From NCBI GenBank assembly GCA_022796475.1, contig JAAWIS010000001.1, forward strand, positions 22,219-86,218: a stretch of 64,000 nucleotides of DNA, in the 5' to 3' direction. Origin of the DNA: Lachnospiraceae bacterium (GTDB taxonomy: Bacteria; Bacillota; Clostridia; Lachnospirales; Lachnospiraceae). Both the position numbers and the translations under genes were made by a program. Under the pieces are notes generated by a model. The model saw only the letters and a list, made by a program, of their open reading frames with translations. It was not told the origin of the DNA and made no database searches. Position 1 is the first letter of the stretch. Every line of letters begins with the position of its first letter. This document shows, piece after piece, positions 63,152 to 64,000 of the stretch.

Positions 63152-63724
63152 TCTCGTTTTTTATCTTACCACTTTCATATTCCTGGCGCAAGCGATACCC
63201 AATCTGATTCTTATATTTCCTCTTATACACATACTTATGCAGCCAGTTATTAATCTGCCGGTCATAGTAATTATTATACTGAATTTCAATTGGATAGTGA
63301 TAACTGCTCAACTGAAAATATACATGGCCCCCCGATAACCATCATCTTTTGATTTTCCATCAGACATATCTGCCACTCGGACATTACCATATCCAGCTAT
63401 CCGCGGCACATCCTCATAATTATCGCAAAGGCTGCGGAACCCCAGCATATCATTAAAAACTTTTGCCGCCTGATGATCCGGGTAATACCTTTCATATTTT
63501 AACATTGCTGACTGTATGCTTTTTATACGATAATCAATGGTGAGTCCATGAAGCAACTTATTACCCGCATACCAACCATGGACTTTCACTAACTCATCAA
63601 ACAGAAGGCTCTTGTTAAAATAATGGAGATTCTTTTTCAGTCTGATACCCAAACCAGACGGATATGACAATTCCTCAAATAATTTTACGGACAACCCATC
63701 GCTTTTTAAAATAGCGTCGAACAT
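63096..63724 (-). pseudogene. Divergent RelA/SpoT-domain (small alarmone synthetase-like nucleotidyltransferase) gene split by a frameshift at a G6 tract
   Basis: ORF A (63724-63308) carries YRIKSIQSAMLKYER, NDMLGFRSL and KDDGYRG. ORF B (63311-63096) carries [28 protein letters not shown]. These are the successive RSH synthetase motifs (RVK..SI..K; D..G.R; GY.S.H; EIQIRT...W...H...YK). One extra G in the run at 63328-63333 would restore [31 protein letters not shown] precedes the ATG at 63724. Confidence 0.7.
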
Positions 63725-63759
63725 ACTTCCTCCTGCTGCTGTATCTAAAGATTTTTGCC

Positions 63760-63768
63760 ATTATAGCA
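63760..63768 (-). promoter_or_regulatory. Extended -10 element upstream of the RelA/SpoT-domain gene
   Basis: Minus-strand TGCTATAAT lies about 35 nt before the ATG. No good -35 hexamer is present. Confidence 0.35.
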
Positions 63769-64000
63769 TATCTCTTATGTGAATGTGTCCGGAGGGGCCA
63801 ATCTGGAGCGTGTTTGGCTTTCTCCGCTACGGTTCACGGAGTGGAGGTTCCAAAGGATACGCACTGGCAAACGTTCATGTATACCTTTAAGCGATTTATA
63901 AATATCTATTAATATTTAATGATAGTTTCATGACCTCTTTTCAGTATCATCTGGATACCCATACATTAAAAGCAGATTCTTCTCGGATATGGCAATTCCC

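Noticed and set aside
63931-64000. Edge ORFs: a plus-strand ATG at 63931 (MTSFQYHLDTHTLKADSSRIWQF...) versus a minus-strand C-terminal fragment (...GNCHIREESAFNVWVSR*).
   Set aside because: Both are too short and are truncated by the window edge. Neither has an RBS or a motif, so I cannot decide which one, if either, is real.
1-64000. Search for tRNA, rRNA, tmRNA, CRISPR arrays, retron/DGR-like repeats or an obvious multi-gene defence island.
   Set aside because: I saw no T-loop (GGTTCGAAT-like) context, no rRNA-like segments, no regularly spaced direct repeats, and no reverse transcriptase, nuclease-helicase or Cas-like ORFs. The only nuclease-type system is the IS-encoded TnpB.

Overview
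This 64-kb chromosomal window reads like a Gram-positive anaerobe of the Clostridia/Lachnospiraceae type. That placement is inferred from gene content only: a CIRCE operator, ChW and cell-wall-binding repeats, an orphan EutH, and Gram-positive-style promoters and RBSs. Almost every gene is on the minus strand.

Layout:
- 1-15.2 kb: fragment of a type IV pilus/pseudopilus operon (PilC, prepilin peptidase, pilin), DUF4250, CIRCE-controlled clpB, transporters (EutH, CaCA antiporter, AgcS, BCCT), a polysaccharide deacetylase, secreted MBL and lipoprotein genes, and a degenerate HPr-like ORF.
- 15.4-56.8 kb: a ~41-kb cell-envelope glycan locus, detailed below.
- 56.87-58.47 kb: an IS200/IS605 element with intact TnpB and an internally deleted TnpA, sitting directly upstream of glf.
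- 58.7-62.0 kb: leuA and glmM, each with its own strong sigma-A-type promoter.
- 62.05-64 kb: a visibly AT-richer, decayed stretch with strong orphan hairpins, a frameshifted TIM-barrel gene remnant, and a divergent RelA/SpoT-domain gene broken at a G6 tract.

The glycan locus contains:
- CDP-dideoxyhexose genes rfbF/G/H plus LicD.
- The full GDP-D-glycero-alpha-D-manno-heptose pathway (gmhA, hddA, gmhB, hddC).
- glf.
- Wzm/Wzt ABC export with a Wzt C-terminal extension.
- A methyltransferase followed by a 1041-aa kinase-like/coiled-coil/GT2/GT4 fusion.
- Two MOP/Wzx-type flippases.
- Two polyprenyl-phosphate glycosyltransferase modules with four or five large polytopic GT-C-like proteins.
- Two acyltransferases and two DegT-type proteins.
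- A plus-strand island carrying an L,D-transpeptidase and WbqC.

No rRNA, tRNA or CRISPR array was seen.

The best leads:
- A split WbdD-like terminator/ruler covalently fused to the polymerising glycosyltransferases.
- A PpgS/Rv3632-like lipid-linked amino-sugar decoration module.
- An A10 tract at the domain junction of a GT8-GT2 fusion.
- The IS/TnpB element abutting the glf promoter.
- The G6-interrupted RelA/SpoT gene.

All calls rest on reading motifs by eye. No searches were run.
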